Positions 51,757 to 61,928 of a stretch of DNA of 64,000 nt are shown piece by piece. The notes under the pieces are model-generated. The model worked only from the letters and a program-made list of their open reading frames with translations. It had not been told where the DNA came from and made no database searches. The DNA is from a virus (lineage: Duplodnaviria > Caudoviricetes): positions 224,001-288,000 of IMG/VR virus record IMGVR_UViG_3300037851_000141, one strand, 5' to 3'. The translations under genes were made by a program, and so were the position numbers. Numbering within the stretch: position 1 is the stretch's first letter; each line of letters begins with the position of its first letter.

Positions 51757-51782
51757 GTTATCAGAAACATATAAATATCCAT

Positions 51783-52736
51783 ATGCCACAAGATGATAAA
51801 GTTTATAATCAATTAAAAGAAACCTGGAAGAACATTATTCAAGAAATGTTTATCCACGGTGATCCAAATAATAAGAATGTTATAGCGTTTAGAGATAGTA
51901 TTTGGTTATTAGCGAATGATATTCCGGCATCACTTGCCAATGAGATATATAAAAAAGTAGGAATTGATATCAAGTATAATGAAGATGCTGATTTTTTGGA
52001 TTTAGCGAATGAAATAATGAATGAAAAGCCGGATGTACTTACAGGGTCTATTAATGATAAAACCTTATTAGTTTATAGTTCAGGATCGTTTACATTAGAT
52101 CCGAAGTCATCTATTCTTATCAAAAAAGTTGTACAGCATCTCAAACTCAAAAAAGTTGATTATCAGGAAATGGAAGATCAATTTACAGTTCCCAAGAAGA
52201 AAATAACTGGTCAAGTTCCAGACATAGCATATCATGGAACGTCTCTCAATTATCTCGATAGCATTTTGAGACACGGATTAGAACCAAGAGGAAGTCAAAG
52301 CAATTACGAACAACAAGGCATTTACCACGATGATAAGATATTTTTCTCAACTAGATTTGGAGAAGCAAGTCATCACGCAGATCATACAGCAGCATTGAAA
52401 CAATCTAAACCTGTTGTTATTGAGTTTAGAATTCCAGATAAAAATCTTATAACTCCAGATTATGACATTGATATCCAAAGTGGTGAAACGTTGTGGTCAG
52501 ATACAAGAGATAGCAAATCGAAACTTACCAATCCAAAGAGTCAAAGCGCAAGTCAAGAGTTTGGAATATACGGTTATCAAGGAAAAATAATACCCCAACA
52601 TTTTAGATATTTTTACATAAACTTAAGTGGGGATGAATATTCAACGCTTAAAAGCTATAAGAGATTTACATACAAACAATTACAAAAAATTATTAACAGA
52701 TATGGTGACTTAGAATCTTATTTGGATTATTATTGA
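51783..52736 (+). CDS. ADP-ribosyltransferase-fold protein (HGT-type), candidate internal virion protein
   Basis: AYHGTS....SILRHGLEP, IFFS, PVVIEFRIP; TATAAATA at 51770-51777; leader DDKVYNQLKETWKNIIQE. Confidence 0.55.
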   Translation: MPQDDKVYNQLKETWKNIIQEMFIHGDPNNKNVIAFRDSIWLLANDIPASLANEIYKKVGIDIKYNEDADFLDLANEIMNEKPDVLTGSINDKTLLVYSSGSFTLDPKSSILIKKVVQHLKLKKVDYQEMEDQFTVPKKKITGQVPDIAYHGTSLNYLDSILRHGLEPRGSQSNYEQQGIYHDDKIFFSTRFGEASHHADHTAALKQSKPVVIEFRIPDKNLITPDYDIDIQSGETLWSDTRDSKSKLTNPKSQSASQEFGIYGYQGKIIPQHFRYFYINLSGDEYSTLKSYKRFTYKQLQKIINRYGDLESYLDYY

Positions 52737-52797
52737 TACTTTAGTTGTTGATTTTAGATTCTGCTTGACTTTTATTTTTTGACTGTATAATGTGGTC

Positions 52798-53763
52798 ATG
52801 AACTTAGAGAATATCGGCTTTTACACTTTATCTGATGACCGGGCTAAGAACTCGTCAGATAAGACTCCATTACATCGGTGTGAACTACTGTTAACTAAAC
52901 GTTGTAATTTTAGATGTCCTTATTGTCGTGGAACTGGCCCTAAGCAAGAGGCATCATTAGAAGAAGCCCAAATGGTTGTTTCTGAGTGGGCTAAACATGG
53001 ATTGAAGAATGTTAGGTTTTCTGGTGGTGAACCTACAGTTTGGCCGCATTTGGTAGAATTGATTAAGCATACCAAGTCATTAGGTGTTGAGCGCATTGCT
53101 ATTTCTTCAAACGGTAGTGCGAGTAAGGAATTATATAAAGAGTTATGTGATTCTGGAGTAAACGATTTTTCTATTTCATTGGATGCTTGTTGTTCCTCTA
53201 CTGGTGATACTATGTCTGGTGTAAAAGGTGCTTGGAATACTGTTGTCGAGAATATTAAGTATCTTTCGACCTTGACATATGTTACAGTAGGTGTCGTTCT
53301 AACTAATAATAACATTGAAGAATTGGGTAAAATCATTGAATTTGCTCATAAACTTGGTGTTGCTGATATTAGAATCATTTCAGCGGCTCAAGTCTCAAAT
53401 GATATAATTCTGAATGTTGATGTGTCTGATGATGTAAAAATGAAGCATCCTATCTTAATGTATCGTTTGAAGAACTTATCTGTTGGAAGAAATGTTCGTG
53501 GATTAAAAGAAACTGACACCCACAAATGTCCTTTGGTATTAGACGATATGGCTGTTATGGATGGAAAACATTATCCTTGTATCATCTATATGCGTGAAGG
53601 TGGAGCCGCTATCGGTGAAGTTGGACCTAATATGCGTCAAGAGCGTTTAGATTGGTTCAATAAGACTGATACTCATAAAAATAAAATATGTAAAAATAAC
53701 TGTTTGGATGTTTGTCAAGATTTCAATAACAAGTGGGAAGAGTTTCGGAAAAATCCTGCTTGA
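52798..53763 (+). CDS. radical SAM enzyme (MoaA/PqqE-like)
   Basis: CNFRCPYC, FSGGEPT, ISSNG, SISLD; C-terminal Cys cluster. Confidence 0.88.
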   Translation: MNLENIGFYTLSDDRAKNSSDKTPLHRCELLLTKRCNFRCPYCRGTGPKQEASLEEAQMVVSEWAKHGLKNVRFSGGEPTVWPHLVELIKHTKSLGVERIAISSNGSASKELYKELCDSGVNDFSISLDACCSSTGDTMSGVKGAWNTVVENIKYLSTLTYVTVGVVLTNNNIEELGKIIEFAHKLGVADIRIISAAQVSNDIILNVDVSDDVKMKHPILMYRLKNLSVGRNVRGLKETDTHKCPLVLDDMAVMDGKHYPCIIYMREGGAAIGEVGPNMRQERLDWFNKTDTHKNKICKNNCLDVCQDFNNKWEEFRKNPA

Positions 53764-53817
53764 CATTCAGAAAATAGTCGGTAGAATAAACGCGCACAAA
53801 TAACAAAGGAATCAACC

Positions 53818-54294
53818 ATGGCTCGCATCACTCTCCGTAAGGCTCTCAATAAAAAGAACAAACTCATTGGTCGTATCAAGGAGTTGGAAACCCATATTGC
53901 TCGTAATTTCAACAAATCTATCCAATATGTTGATGGTCAGGCTCTTTCTTGCCGTCAAATGGATATAACCAAAGAATATAAGGAACTATTTGACACCAAG
54001 AATAAGCTGGTTCTTCTCAAGTCGGCGCTGGCTAAAGCTAATGTCGGTATCTATGAAAAGATTTATCGCATTGCCGAGTTAAAGGCTGATATTACTTGGT
54101 TGCGTGGACTGAACACAAATGCCGGTAAATCTGTAAACGAGTATGGTGACAAGACTTACATCACCGAAAGTACTCCATTCAAATCTGCTGAAGAAGTAAT
54201 GGCGATGATCAAATATGACGAAGGGTTGATTGAAACCTTCCAAGAGCAGATTGACGAATTCAACGGTGTGACTTTTATTGAACTTGATGACTGA
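53818..54294 (+). CDS. coiled-coil hypothetical protein (DIP1984/DUF6847-like appearance)
   Basis: TLRKALNKKNKL...LKSALAKAN...IAELK...IETFQEQIDEFN; own promoter at 53760-53787. Confidence 0.55.
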   Translation: MARITLRKALNKKNKLIGRIKELETHIARNFNKSIQYVDGQALSCRQMDITKEYKELFDTKNKLVLLKSALAKANVGIYEKIYRIAELKADITWLRGLNTNAGKSVNEYGDKTYITESTPFKSAEEVMAMIKYDEGLIETFQEQIDEFNGVTFIELDD

Positions 54295-54314
54295 TTTTTG
54301 ATTTTGGCAACTAT

Positions 54315-54546
54315 ATATCCGCCCAACTCTTTAGATTGTTAAATATCTAAGGAACAAAACTATAAGCCCCAAAAAGGCATATAGCGCATCTTTCCTTCGG
54401 GGAAGATTAACATACCTGGAACCGATAGTGGTAGAGCCTTGAGCTATTCTTGACTCTTACATTATCCGAACTCTTTAATCCGAAATCAAGCTTCCAGGCT
54501 CTTTTCGTTCCTTTATATTTAACGGTTTGATGGGTTGGGCGGATAT
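54315..54546 (+). ncRNA. unidentified about 230-nt multi-helix RNA
   Basis: 13-bp closing stem ATATCCGCCCAAC (54315-27) / GTTGGGCGGATAT (54534-46); AAGGAAC (54349-55) / GTTCCTT (54507-13); CCTGGAA (54415-21) / TTCCAGG (54492-98); UUCG-capped hairpin 54388-54407; two further hairpins; followed by a T-run. Confidence 0.7.
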
Positions 54547-54548
54547 TT

Positions 54549-55607
54549 TTATTCTATCTCTCCACCACCTAAACAAACATCATTAGCCAAGTCATAGAAT
54601 ACCGCATGTTGACCTGGAGCCGCAACTACAGGATCATCAGTTAAGACTTTTACAACAGAATCAGATTTGTATAACTTAGCCTTTGTACAGGTTCCACGAT
54701 AACGAACTTGACAAACGACTTCCATACCATCATAAAAAGGTCCAGGGAACAATTCATTTTTGATAGTAAAGTCATTAGTTGAAATCTTCTCAATAGTATC
54801 AACATATATTACATTATTATTGACATCTACCTTATCAACAAAGAGTGGAATTGGAGTACCGTGTAAGCCGATTCCTTTTCTTTGGCCTTTAGTCTTTCCC
54901 CAAACGCCATTATGTTGCCCAATTACCATATTCTTATATACAATAGGTCCACGCTTTTTCTGTAATCCACCAAAGTCAAATAGGAACTCACTAATATTGC
55001 CACCAGGGACCATACACAGATCGGTAGAGTCGGGTTTAGCGGCAACATGAATCCCGATCTTATTAGCAATCTCCCTAATCTCCATTTTAGTAGAGAATCC
55101 ACCTAAAGGGAAATGAATCTGTGGAATTATATCTTTAGGAATCCGATAGAGGAAGTAAGACTGGTCCTTTTTCAGATCCTTGGCCCTAGTGATAAAGAAC
55201 TGATCATCTATCTCTTTCGTATTAGCATAATGTCCGGTTGCTAAATGAACAGACCTATCACCATTTACAGCTTGGTAGAGGCTATTGATTTTAGTTGTGG
55301 CATTACAGAGGATACAAGGTGATGGAGTTAAGCCATTCTCGTAATCCTTTACCATTGGCTTTACAGTATGGTCCATAAAGGTCTGTTGAGCATCTATGAC
55401 CTTAAATTGGATACCTAAGTCATTGGCAATCTTTGAAGCATCTTGAGTAGCTTTAGCATTACAACAGGATGCCGAATTGATATTTTGATTACAACGCCAA
55501 AGGACAAGATTTACTCCAATGACGTTATATCCATTACTCTTTAGTAGGTGAGCAGATACAGCAGAGTCAACGCCACCAGACAGACCAACAGCCACAGTAA
55601 TAGGCAT
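54549..55607 (-). CDS. mnmA: tRNA-specific 2-thiouridylase
   Basis: AVGLSGGVDSAV, PSPCILCN..TK, LATGHYA, KDQSYFL, KPDSTDLC, TKGQRKG, CQVRYR, AAPGQHAVFY..CLGGG. Confidence 0.93.
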   Translation of the reverse strand: MPITVAVGLSGGVDSAVSAHLLKSNGYNVIGVNLVLWRCNQNINSASCCNAKATQDASKIANDLGIQFKVIDAQQTFMDHTVKPMVKDYENGLTPSPCILCNATTKINSLYQAVNGDRSVHLATGHYANTKEIDDQFFITRAKDLKKDQSYFLYRIPKDIIPQIHFPLGGFSTKMEIREIANKIGIHVAAKPDSTDLCMVPGGNISEFLFDFGGLQKKRGPIVYKNMVIGQHNGVWGKTKGQRKGIGLHGTPIPLFVDKVDVNNNVIYVDTIEKISTNDFTIKNELFPGPFYDGMEVVCQVRYRGTCTKAKLYKSDSVVKVLTDDPVVAAPGQHAVFYDLANDVCLGGGEIE

Positions 55608-55670
55608 GGTTATTCCTTATGGCGGGATTATAACATCAGCCAAAGGGAAGTCAAGAGTAAAGCAGAATGG

Positions 55671-56099
55671 TCAAATTAAGTCAAACTTGCCAATAGATAA
55701 AGTAAATTGGACATCATACATATCATTACCCAAAGGTTTGACTATTACATCGTTTACTATTATCTCTTCATTCTTTACTGGAAATTGGTGAACAGCATCT
55801 TCAAACTGTTCTGGCGTGTTTAGTAGACCAGCATCACCAGTAAACCACTCTTTTACAAACTGTTCTGGCGAGGTTGTATAATACTCATCTATCATTTTAG
55901 GTGGAATGTATAGTTGACCCCTAAAAGTCATAGAACCGGAAATAAAAGTATCCTCTCTTGTTTCACCGGGTTCTTCCTTTAGTCGGCCATTAATCCACTT
56001 TACTTTTCTTATATCTTTACTAAACCGTTGATCAGCAGCATTACTCATATCAAGGTTTTCGAAAATCATCTTTATCTTGTCTTTTAGTGATTTACTCAT
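55671..56099 (-). CDS. hypothetical protein, candidate internal virion protein
   Basis: TATAAATA at 56123-56130; leader SLKDKIKMIFE. Confidence 0.6.
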   Translation of the reverse strand: MSKSLKDKIKMIFENLDMSNAADQRFSKDIRKVKWINGRLKEEPGETREDTFISGSMTFRGQLYIPPKMIDEYYTTSPEQFVKEWFTGDAGLLNTPEQFEDAVHQFPVKNEEIIVNDVIVKPLGNDMYDVQFTLSIGKFDLI

Positions 56100-56192
56100 G
56101 GCTTTATTCCACCCTTTACTCTTATTTATATTTGTTTGCGATGAAAAATTGAAAAAATGGGGATACAGAGCGTTCTAACACACATACAACGA

Positions 56193-58206
56193 TTAAGATT
56201 CTTTTTTGAAATCGCCTGCCTCATATAGTGCCTTTTCAAGCTGATCTATATCGTCTAGCTTCCAGTAATGTTGAGCCTTCTTCAGAGCCGACTTTAGTTT
56301 GTCTATTTCAGCCTGTTGATCACGTAGAACCGGAAACAATTGTAATCTTACTTCTTGGGCGGCTCTATTGGCACGTTCATTAGCTCTTTCGACAGCAAGT
56401 CGTAATTCGTTTAGTTGTTCATCAATCATAGTAATCCTGCCTCTTCCGCTGCATTGAGGGCATCACAAATAAACCTCTGCTTTTCTGATGACGTACAAGC
56501 ACAAAGCCATTGATCGGGACGAGGTTCACCATTGAAATCACCACAGGTTTTGGAATCAACAATTGGATAGATAGCGTCAACTTTAGGGCATTCACTATTA
56601 CCGCCATTAAAGATATCGAATATCCAATCCGAATATTCTTTAGTAACAATTCCACACCACATGTTAAATCGTTGAGCCATTCCACCATCCTATTGAACAA
56701 GTGATGCAGCAGAGCCACAATAACCCTGCTGCACCCTTGTTTTGTCTTTATTACTTGACTCAGGCTTGAGCAGCAGCAGGCGCAGAGTCAGTGGTAGCAG
56801 TAGCCTCAGTGTTCTTGGCTGGACGACCGCGCTTCTTCTTTTCTCCCTGGACCTTTACGATACCAGTACGAGGCTTAGGAGCGCGAACACCAGGGATCAG
56901 AGCAACATCATAACGAACACCATCAATCTCAGCGTATGGGAATTGGCCGGATGGGTGGGTTAGCTTGATCTTACTATCCTTGGCGAATGAGCTATTACCA
57001 GCATCGACAACCGTAAACATATGATCTACGGGGGTGTCTCCGATCTTAGTAATATTCTCAGCCTCACCATAATGACGAGCCGGGAAGACGGTCAGACGAG
57101 CAGTTTCCTGTCCATCCTTCGTTCCGACAAGGTGATAGGGCTTAGACATGATACGGACAGCAGGCATGGGTTCTCCTTTATGAGTAAGTAGCCTGTTTGT
57201 GAGCGAGTAGTTTACCGAAATAATTCCTAAAGTCAAGAGTTATTTTTAGGCCAGTCAGACATAAGAGAATTTGTTGAAGTTCCTTTTGAGAACATATTAT
57301 CGTTGGTTCGTAGCACAGCACCATCTTCAGTAAAATATTCAATATGGTGTGGCTTTATAATATCAACAGCAATCGTTAAAATCTTTACTTTATTAGTAAT
57401 TTGGTCATTCCACTTAGTAAGAGTTCCAATTGTTTCCTCAACATGTTTCATTTCACTTAATATTTCGTTATGGACATCTTTTTTATGTTGTTTAATAACT
57501 TGAGTGAGATTTTCTATAGCTTCCATAATCTGTTTTTGTTGATTTTCAATATTTTGGAGTCGTTCATTGAAATCATTATCATCAAGTCCGGTTGTCATTT
57601 GGTTATTCCTTATTGGATTTGTGTAGTGCGACCATCAATAAGATATCACTCTGTCCAATATTGTTTTGTCATGTTTATTTCTCAGGATTGATATCAGAAA
57701 TTTGTGCTTGGTGGATGTCAATATCAAACTCTGGATGTCTTGGCCGAATAAAGTTGACAACACACTTAAGGATAGTAAACAGTTTAGAAATGTTGAAATC
57801 TCTCTTTACATTATGTTCTTGAGAGAGTCTAACCAGATGAGCCATTCGTTCCATATCTTTGACGAGCATATTCATATTGTCGGTTAGAATATTATTTTGA
57901 GTCTCTACCTTTTGAAGCCTACGATCCATTTCATCTTGGGTATACATGGGAGACTCCTTACTGCTGTTGTGCCTGGATTATACCTTGAGATTTCCAGTTG
58001 TCAAGCAGAGATTTAGCCTCTTTGTAAGTGATGTATTTGCCAGTATATGGAAGGAGTCGAGGGTTTATATGGCAACCACGAATACGATCAGCCTGCTTTA
58101 ATGAACCCCAACCAGATAGTTTAGACCAGAATTTGGGTTCCTGATCATCACTAAGGCGAGTTTCAAGTTGGCTAAATACGACATATACAGCCGGCTTATG
58201 CGACAT
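56193..58206 (-). other. six hypothetical genes (56193-56429, 56426-56680, 56760-57167, 57233-57598, 57675-57947, 57958-58206)
   Basis: Minus-strand ORFs with RBSs; promoters at 57209-57236 and 58233-58259; hairpin near 56700-56735. Confidence 0.55.
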
Positions 58207-58316
58207 GGTATAATCCTTAATTTGATGCCGCTATTATAATCGGGTTTTTAGGAAGTCAAGAAAAATAATAATCCCCCACCAGTTGACCGATGAGGGATTA
58301 TCTTCTATTATCTTAA

Positions 58317-59303
58317 TCAGGCTTTAGGAAGGAATCGACCAAACTTATCTCTCTTTGGTGGATTCTTATTAGAGGTCTTACCAATGAATCGACCAAACTT
58401 ATCCCGACTTGGAAGATCAGGCATTGATGGAACAAGCGGAATCTTATTTTCGTCATCCTCAATATACTGTTCAACCAAGTCATCCTCATCATATTCTTCA
58501 TCTGAATCATCTTCAACATGATCAAGATAGTCATCCTCTTTACTAACCTTAACAAGAGGCTCAGAAATCAGTTTAGCAGTAGTAGGATCTTCAGAATTGA
58601 TTGCTAATACCTCAAACTGGCAGCAGCGAAGTTTAGCATTGTTGTAATCGGTAGGAATAGCAACAACATCCTTGGGGTTAATCTTGACATTGAGCAGAAT
58701 ACGAGAGAAATTCTTAGCGTATTCAAACCCAGCAGCATGTAGACCACTGGAACAGGTATTGTTAGGATTACTATCACAATTTTCCCGTGGCATGCTGACG
58801 ATACAACCAACATTATTAACCATTTGACCAGTACGAGCATCAACCAAATCTCCATTTTCATTGCGTTGTACTGCACGATACGCAACAAAGCAACCATCAT
58901 CAGTAATAGGAAGGTTGTTTTTCTCCAAGAATGCGTAAAGATCAGTTTGGGTACGAGGATCGGGGTTAGCCTTACAGTTATTCCAGAACAAAATTAGCGA
59001 CTTGGCTTGTGGGAGAAAACCAGTTTCAGCAAAATCAAACAAACGAGAGCCAAGACAAGCCGGCAACTTATCTGATCCAACAAACACTTCGCCATTATCA
59101 GAAATGTTGAACAGATTAGAAACGTGCTTGCGAATATTCATAAGAGGATCAATAATAGACAAGAAAGTATCGGGATTTGACTCATCTTGTTTAATCAATT
59201 CAACCGCCTTTTCATAAGCAGGAGTGCCAGATAGAACCGTGCGAGGATTCTTACCTGGAAACAAGAGAGTAAGAGAGGTAGCGGACTTGATGAAAGGGAC
59301 CAT
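58317..59303 (-). CDS. rIIB: rIIB-like protein
   Basis: LYAFLEKNNLPITDDGCFVAYRAV, VSMPRE.CD.NP.NTCSSGLH, VKINPKDVVAIPTDYNNAKLRCC. Confidence 0.9.
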   Translation of the reverse strand: MVPFIKSATSLTLLFPGKNPRTVLSGTPAYEKAVELIKQDESNPDTFLSIIDPLMNIRKHVSNLFNISDNGEVFVGSDKLPACLGSRLFDFAETGFLPQAKSLILFWNNCKANPDPRTQTDLYAFLEKNNLPITDDGCFVAYRAVQRNENGDLVDARTGQMVNNVGCIVSMPRENCDSNPNNTCSSGLHAAGFEYAKNFSRILLNVKINPKDVVAIPTDYNNAKLRCCQFEVLAINSEDPTTAKLISEPLVKVSKEDDYLDHVEDDSDEEYDEDDLVEQYIEDDENKIPLVPSMPDLPSRDKFGRFIGKTSNKNPPKRDKFGRFLPKA

Positions 59304-59354
59304 GGGATTATTCCTTTTGTTTAGGCTATAAGTATAACGTGGGTTTAGAGGAAG

Positions 59355-59567
59355 TCAACCAAAAGTTAATTCGGCTTTCGTATGATGTCCAATTTCAACC
59401 CATTCGCAGACGACAACTCGACTTAGATAGACAATAATAGGCTTTTGACAAAATTTACATAGCATCTTATAACTACCACCACCATAGGATTCAGCATTCC
59501 AGGTAGCAACTTCAGCAAAGCAGTCTTTTTTACCGCAATGAGGGCAGCAGGATTTAGGTTTGCTCAT
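59355..59567 (-). CDS. small Zn-ribbon protein
   Basis: CPHC...CKFC. Confidence 0.55.
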   Translation of the reverse strand: MSKPKSCCPHCGKKDCFAEVATWNAESYGGGSYKMLCKFCQKPIIVYLSRVVVCEWVEIGHHTKAELTFG

Positions 59568-59571
59568 AGTT

Positions 59572-60579
59572 TCAGAAGTTCTTATCTAGGATGTTTACGA
59601 AGTTCTTGCGAATAAGAGTTTGTGCTTGTTCTCCGATTCGACTCTTAATGGCTTTTTGTTCATCCTTTTCAAGAGTCTCAAAGCCGGGATTCTCTTTGAG
59701 GAAGTCTTTATGAGCATCCTGCATGAGTCCACCAAGCAACTTACCGAAATCCTTACCAGTAATATCACCAATTTTACTGATGACATTCTTGAGACGATTT
59801 TCGGTAATGAATTGTGAGAATGAATCAAGGAGAGCAATAGCACCTTCAGACAACTTAAGTTCCTCTTTAGGTGGCCGAGGATGCTTACTCTCTTTACTCT
59901 TTTCACTCCACTTATCATTCTTATTCTTGAGGATAACACGACTGCCACAACCAAAGAAAAGAGGCTTGACGGGACGAAGTACAACACCCTCGCAGATATT
60001 TGGAGAGATTGGAGGTAAACCCAATTGCTCTGGAACCTTAGAATCGAACTCATTGGGGTACTTCATGGCGTCTTCAAATGAGCCACAGAATAAGGTCTTA
60101 GCATGAAGGAATCCGAATTGAGCGTACAACTTCTCAACAGTCAAGGCATCTAACCATTGACCATCAGCAACGATATCAAATCCATAGAAATAGTTATTTG
60201 GTCCATAGAATACACCCTTTTGTACTTTGGTTACTCCAGGGACTTTAGCGACATTAGGATGATCGTAGGAACCACCGCAAATCTCACCGTAAAGAGTCAT
60301 TTCCTGGCAACCAAGATGCTTATAAAGTGATTCAATCTTATCTTTATGTGATTCAGCAACACGATTTAGACCATTGAAATTCTCGCCAGGAGCTAAGAAA
60401 CAACTCCGCTTTCCAAGAATGATTTGACCATCTGGAAGCCGTTTGATTTGAGCCGAACTGCCATGTACTTTTTCCCCAACAACCCACTGTCCAGCAGAAA
60501 AGCCTAATTGGACAATCTTGTTAATGGTTTCGGTACGGTAAGCGTTTTCAATGTCAGGGAATGAGACGAAGGTAGGCAT
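59572..60579 (-). CDS. RNA ligase, Rnl2 family
   Basis: Motif I EKVHG, motif III YGEICGG, IIIa FYGFDI, IV CEGVVLRP, V ILKNKN..WSE; C-terminal ITENRLKNVISKIG. Confidence 0.9.
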   Translation of the reverse strand: MPTFVSFPDIENAYRTETINKIVQLGFSAGQWVVGEKVHGSSAQIKRLPDGQIILGKRSCFLAPGENFNGLNRVAESHKDKIESLYKHLGCQEMTLYGEICGGSYDHPNVAKVPGVTKVQKGVFYGPNNYFYGFDIVADGQWLDALTVEKLYAQFGFLHAKTLFCGSFEDAMKYPNEFDSKVPEQLGLPPISPNICEGVVLRPVKPLFFGCGSRVILKNKNDKWSEKSKESKHPRPPKEELKLSEGAIALLDSFSQFITENRLKNVISKIGDITGKDFGKLLGGLMQDAHKDFLKENPGFETLEKDEQKAIKSRIGEQAQTLIRKNFVNILDKNF

Positions 60580-60629
60580 AGTTGTTTCCTTTATTGTTCG
60601 CCAGCAATTATATCGTCAAAAATCCAAAG

Positions 60630-61925
60630 TCAAGATGTTTTTGGTTTCCGCAGTTTCTCAAGTTCAATTATTCTCTTTTCAGCATCTTTGACGGCATTTT
60701 CAATTATATATTTTTGATGTTTAATTTTTTGCTCAATAAGATCGTCAGGCAAATAATCAACCTTTTCATATTTTATTGAATAAGTTTCGGCAGAATTGAC
60801 CCAAGCGAACTGCCAACATTCTTCCACGATATAATTTCGCATTTCATAATCTTCACGGAAATCTGGCAATTCAAGATATTCTGGTTCACTTGGTCCAGCA
60901 GAAACGATAACCCAAACTTTGTACCAAGTCATTTTTTTCCTTTGTATATCTTCCAGCAAGTAGCCATATCTTTACGCATCTTACAATCAGTTATCAGACC
61001 AAAACTAAGATGCTTATTGCAGCGAGTCTTATACAAGTTATTTACATCTTTACTTTGAAGACCTTGACAAGTATGTTGATATGGACAATGTAATTCTTCA
61101 ATTGGAGCCGGGGTTTTGCCTTCGCGCCATTCTTTGTAATCGGCACCAAACCTGGAGAAATGTAGAGTTTGTCCTTCTTTAGTGGTTACATCTTTAGCAG
61201 AAATACAGTATCCAGCAGCAGTTTCATATACACGTTCAACACCTTTACGAACTTTACGATTCTTGAATTTCTTAAAGGTCCGCTTAAACTCTACTTTACC
61301 AGTTCCATTACAATTCGTACAGACAACAGCAGCACCACTTCTTTCAGCCATACCAACATAAAGTCCAGTTCCGTCGCAAGAATCACAAGCAACTTCTCCA
61401 GTTAGGGTATAGGTGGTTTCGGTTTCGGTGAGGTTCATTTGTTTCCTTTATTCTGGTGAGAGTTTATCAACGGTTATTATAAAGTCAAGCACAAACTGTA
61501 TGACAAGAGATGTCGCAACTAACAAACTCGTCAAAATAACCAAGCCAATTAGGGTAAAATCTATTGGGCAAACCACTTATAAAAGAACGATCACCTTTAT
61601 CTGTGTGGTCTATAATCTTTTTTAATCTGTTTGCGTTATCTTCTGAATCAAATATTGCGACAAATTGAACACAGCCTAATTCACGACCAAAGGTAGAACC
61701 AGTATTATAGGTGACTGAAACAAGGTAAACATTATCGCCAACTTTAGGAACGAAATCGACTTGGATATGTTCTCTATAAGAAAATAGACTTTCATCCGAT
61801 AATTTGATACCATTGACTCTTATTTCGTGTACCAAATCCGAGTGGCTACTATATATGTTATTAGGATTATCCGGTTCGCCACCAGTTGAAGTTTTGTTAT
61901 AGTCAATCCAAAGATAGTTTTCCAT
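60630..61925 (-). other. three hypothetical genes (60630-about 60930, 60929-61438 with DnaJ-like CxxCxGxG fingers, 61485-61925)
   Basis: CDSCDGTG...CTNCNGTG in 60929-61438. Confidence 0.55.
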
Positions 61926-61928
61926 GGT

